This document shows positions 63,062-64,000 of a stretch of 64,000 bases of DNA, piece by piece; the first letter of the stretch is position 1; the number at the start of each line of letters is the position of its first letter. This DNA is from Rhodospirillales bacterium (GTDB lineage: Bacteria; Pseudomonadota; Alphaproteobacteria; Rhodospirillales; Defluviicoccaceae), in assembly GCA_034382075.1 (NCBI GenBank), contig JAXMOZ010000004.1, positions 5,740-69,739 of the forward strand. Direction: 5' to 3'. Under the pieces are notes generated by a model. It saw nothing but the letters and a program-made list of their open reading frames with translations. It made no database searches and was not told the origin of the DNA. A program made the position numbers and the translations under genes.

Positions 63062-64000
63062 ATGACGGCCAGGACCGACCACCTCGAAGAAGTTGCCGCC
63101 GCGCTGCTTGCCCGCGCCCGCGCCGCCGGGGCGGACGCCGCCGACGTGATGGTCGTCGACAGCACCTCGATCTCGGTGTCCTGTCGCCTTGGCCGGACCG
63201 AGACCCTGGAGCGGTCGGAAAGCGTCGAGGCCGGGCTCAGGGTGTTCATCGGCAAGCGCCAGGCCCTGGCCTCCTCCTCGGACCTCTCCGCCGATGGGAT
63301 GGCCGCCTTGGTCGAGCGCGCCTCGGCCATGGCTCGGGAGGTGCCGGAGGACCCGTTCTGCGGCCTCGCCGAGGCCGCGGACGTCTGCCGCCAGTTCCCC
63401 GAACTCGACAGCTTCGATGCCACGGAGCGATCGGCGGAGCAGCTTCTCGAAGCCGCGCTCGCCGCCGAGGACGCCGCCCGGGCGGTGCCCGGCATCACCA
63501 ACTCCGAGGGCGCCGAAGCCTCCTGGGGCAGGAGCGCCGTCGCCATCGCCGCCAGCAACGGCTTTGCCGCCGCCTACCGGCGGAGCTGGAACAGCCTGTC
63601 GGCCTCGGTGCTGGCCACCGGCGAAGGCGGCATGGAGCGCGACTACGACTATACCGCCGCGGTCTACGCCGGCGACCTGCGCCCGCCGGAGGAGGTTGGG
63701 CGGACCGCCGGCGAACGGACGGTGCGTCGGCTGAACCCACGCAAGGCGGGCTCGGCCCGGGTGCCGGTGATTTACGAGCCGCGAGCCTCCCGTTCGCTGG
63801 TCGGTCATCTCGCCGCCGCCATCGGCGGCAGCGCCATCGCCCGGGGGACGAGCTTCCTCAAGGACAGGATGGGCGCACGGCTGTTCGCGCCCGGCATCCA
63901 GGTGATCGACGATCCGCTGCGCCCGCGCGGCCTGAAGTCCAGGCCGGTGGATCACGAAGGGATCGCCACCGCCCGGCTGGCGGTGGTCGACGACGGGGTT
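63062..64000 (+). CDS. pmbA: Metalloprotease PmbA (TldE), 5' part; runs off the right edge
   Basis: MTARTDHLEEVAAALLARARAAGADAADVMVVDSTSISVSCRLGRTETLERSESVEAGLRVFIGKRQA...: PmbA/TldD family. In-frame ATG 63041 is an alternative start. Not in the track because there is no stop in the window. Confidence 0.88.
   Translation, partial: MTARTDHLEEVAAALLARARAAGADAADVMVVDSTSISVSCRLGRTETLERSESVEAGLRVFIGKRQALASSSDLSADGMAALVERASAMAREVPEDPFCGLAEAADVCRQFPELDSFDATERSAEQLLEAALAAEDAARAVPGITNSEGAEASWGRSAVAIAASNGFAAAYRRSWNSLSASVLATGEGGMERDYDYTAAVYAGDLRPPEEVGRTAGERTVRRLNPRKAGSARVPVIYEPRASRSLVGHLAAAIGGSAIARGTSFLKDRMGARLFAPGIQVIDDPLRPRGLKSRPVDHEGIATARLAVVDDGV

Noticed and set aside
60950-63955. 1001-aa ORF extending korA far upstream
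   Set aside because: KorA similarity starts at MNILSTQ (62836). The upstream 373 codons are antisense to pmbA and low-complexity.

Overview
GC-rich chromosomal window that reads like an alphaproteobacterium: separate F0 operon with both b and b' subunits, FliX, long-linker FtsZ, and a DUF721-DsbA-SMC neighbourhood. Left third (1-20.5 kb, minus strand): recN, bamD and a complete, very compact dcw cluster mraZ-rsmH-ftsL-ftsI-murE-murF-mraY-murD-ftsW-murG-murC-murB-ddl-ftsQ-ftsA-ftsZ, with RNase P RNA just upstream of it. Middle: housekeeping genes (amidase, EamA, DjlA-like, SDR, EF-hand protein, DUF721, DsbA-like, smc, atpI-B-E-F'-F, queC, dksA), an isolated fliX/flgE-like pair and an NdvC-like GH17 glucan synthase. 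Then comes the most accessory-looking part, a LuxR / FadL-type channel / LuxI quorum-sensing island with several small unassignable ORFs. Right third: fba, tRNA-Leu(UAA), parD with a decayed parE, bluB, oxidoreductases, a YfcG-like GST, CinA-like, GT4, an internally duplicated His-rich protein, tldD, metZ, alkB, an orphan hicB-like gene, a Phd/VapB antitoxin with a truncated vapC, and a rhodanese-FprA-korB-korA operon facing pmbA. Intergenic DNA carries three families of structured palindromic repeats, one as a 3-unit tandem array. I found no CRISPR array, transposase, integrase, rRNA or recognisable multi-gene defence system. Most long ORFs in the six-frame track are antisense or out-of-frame artefacts of the high G+C content. 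The best candidates for something new are the QS island architecture, the repeat families with compensatory stem substitutions, and the phased TGGGN array upstream of mraZ. None of these is proven from sequence alone. All product calls rest on my reading of the translations (motifs and remembered family features), not on database searches.
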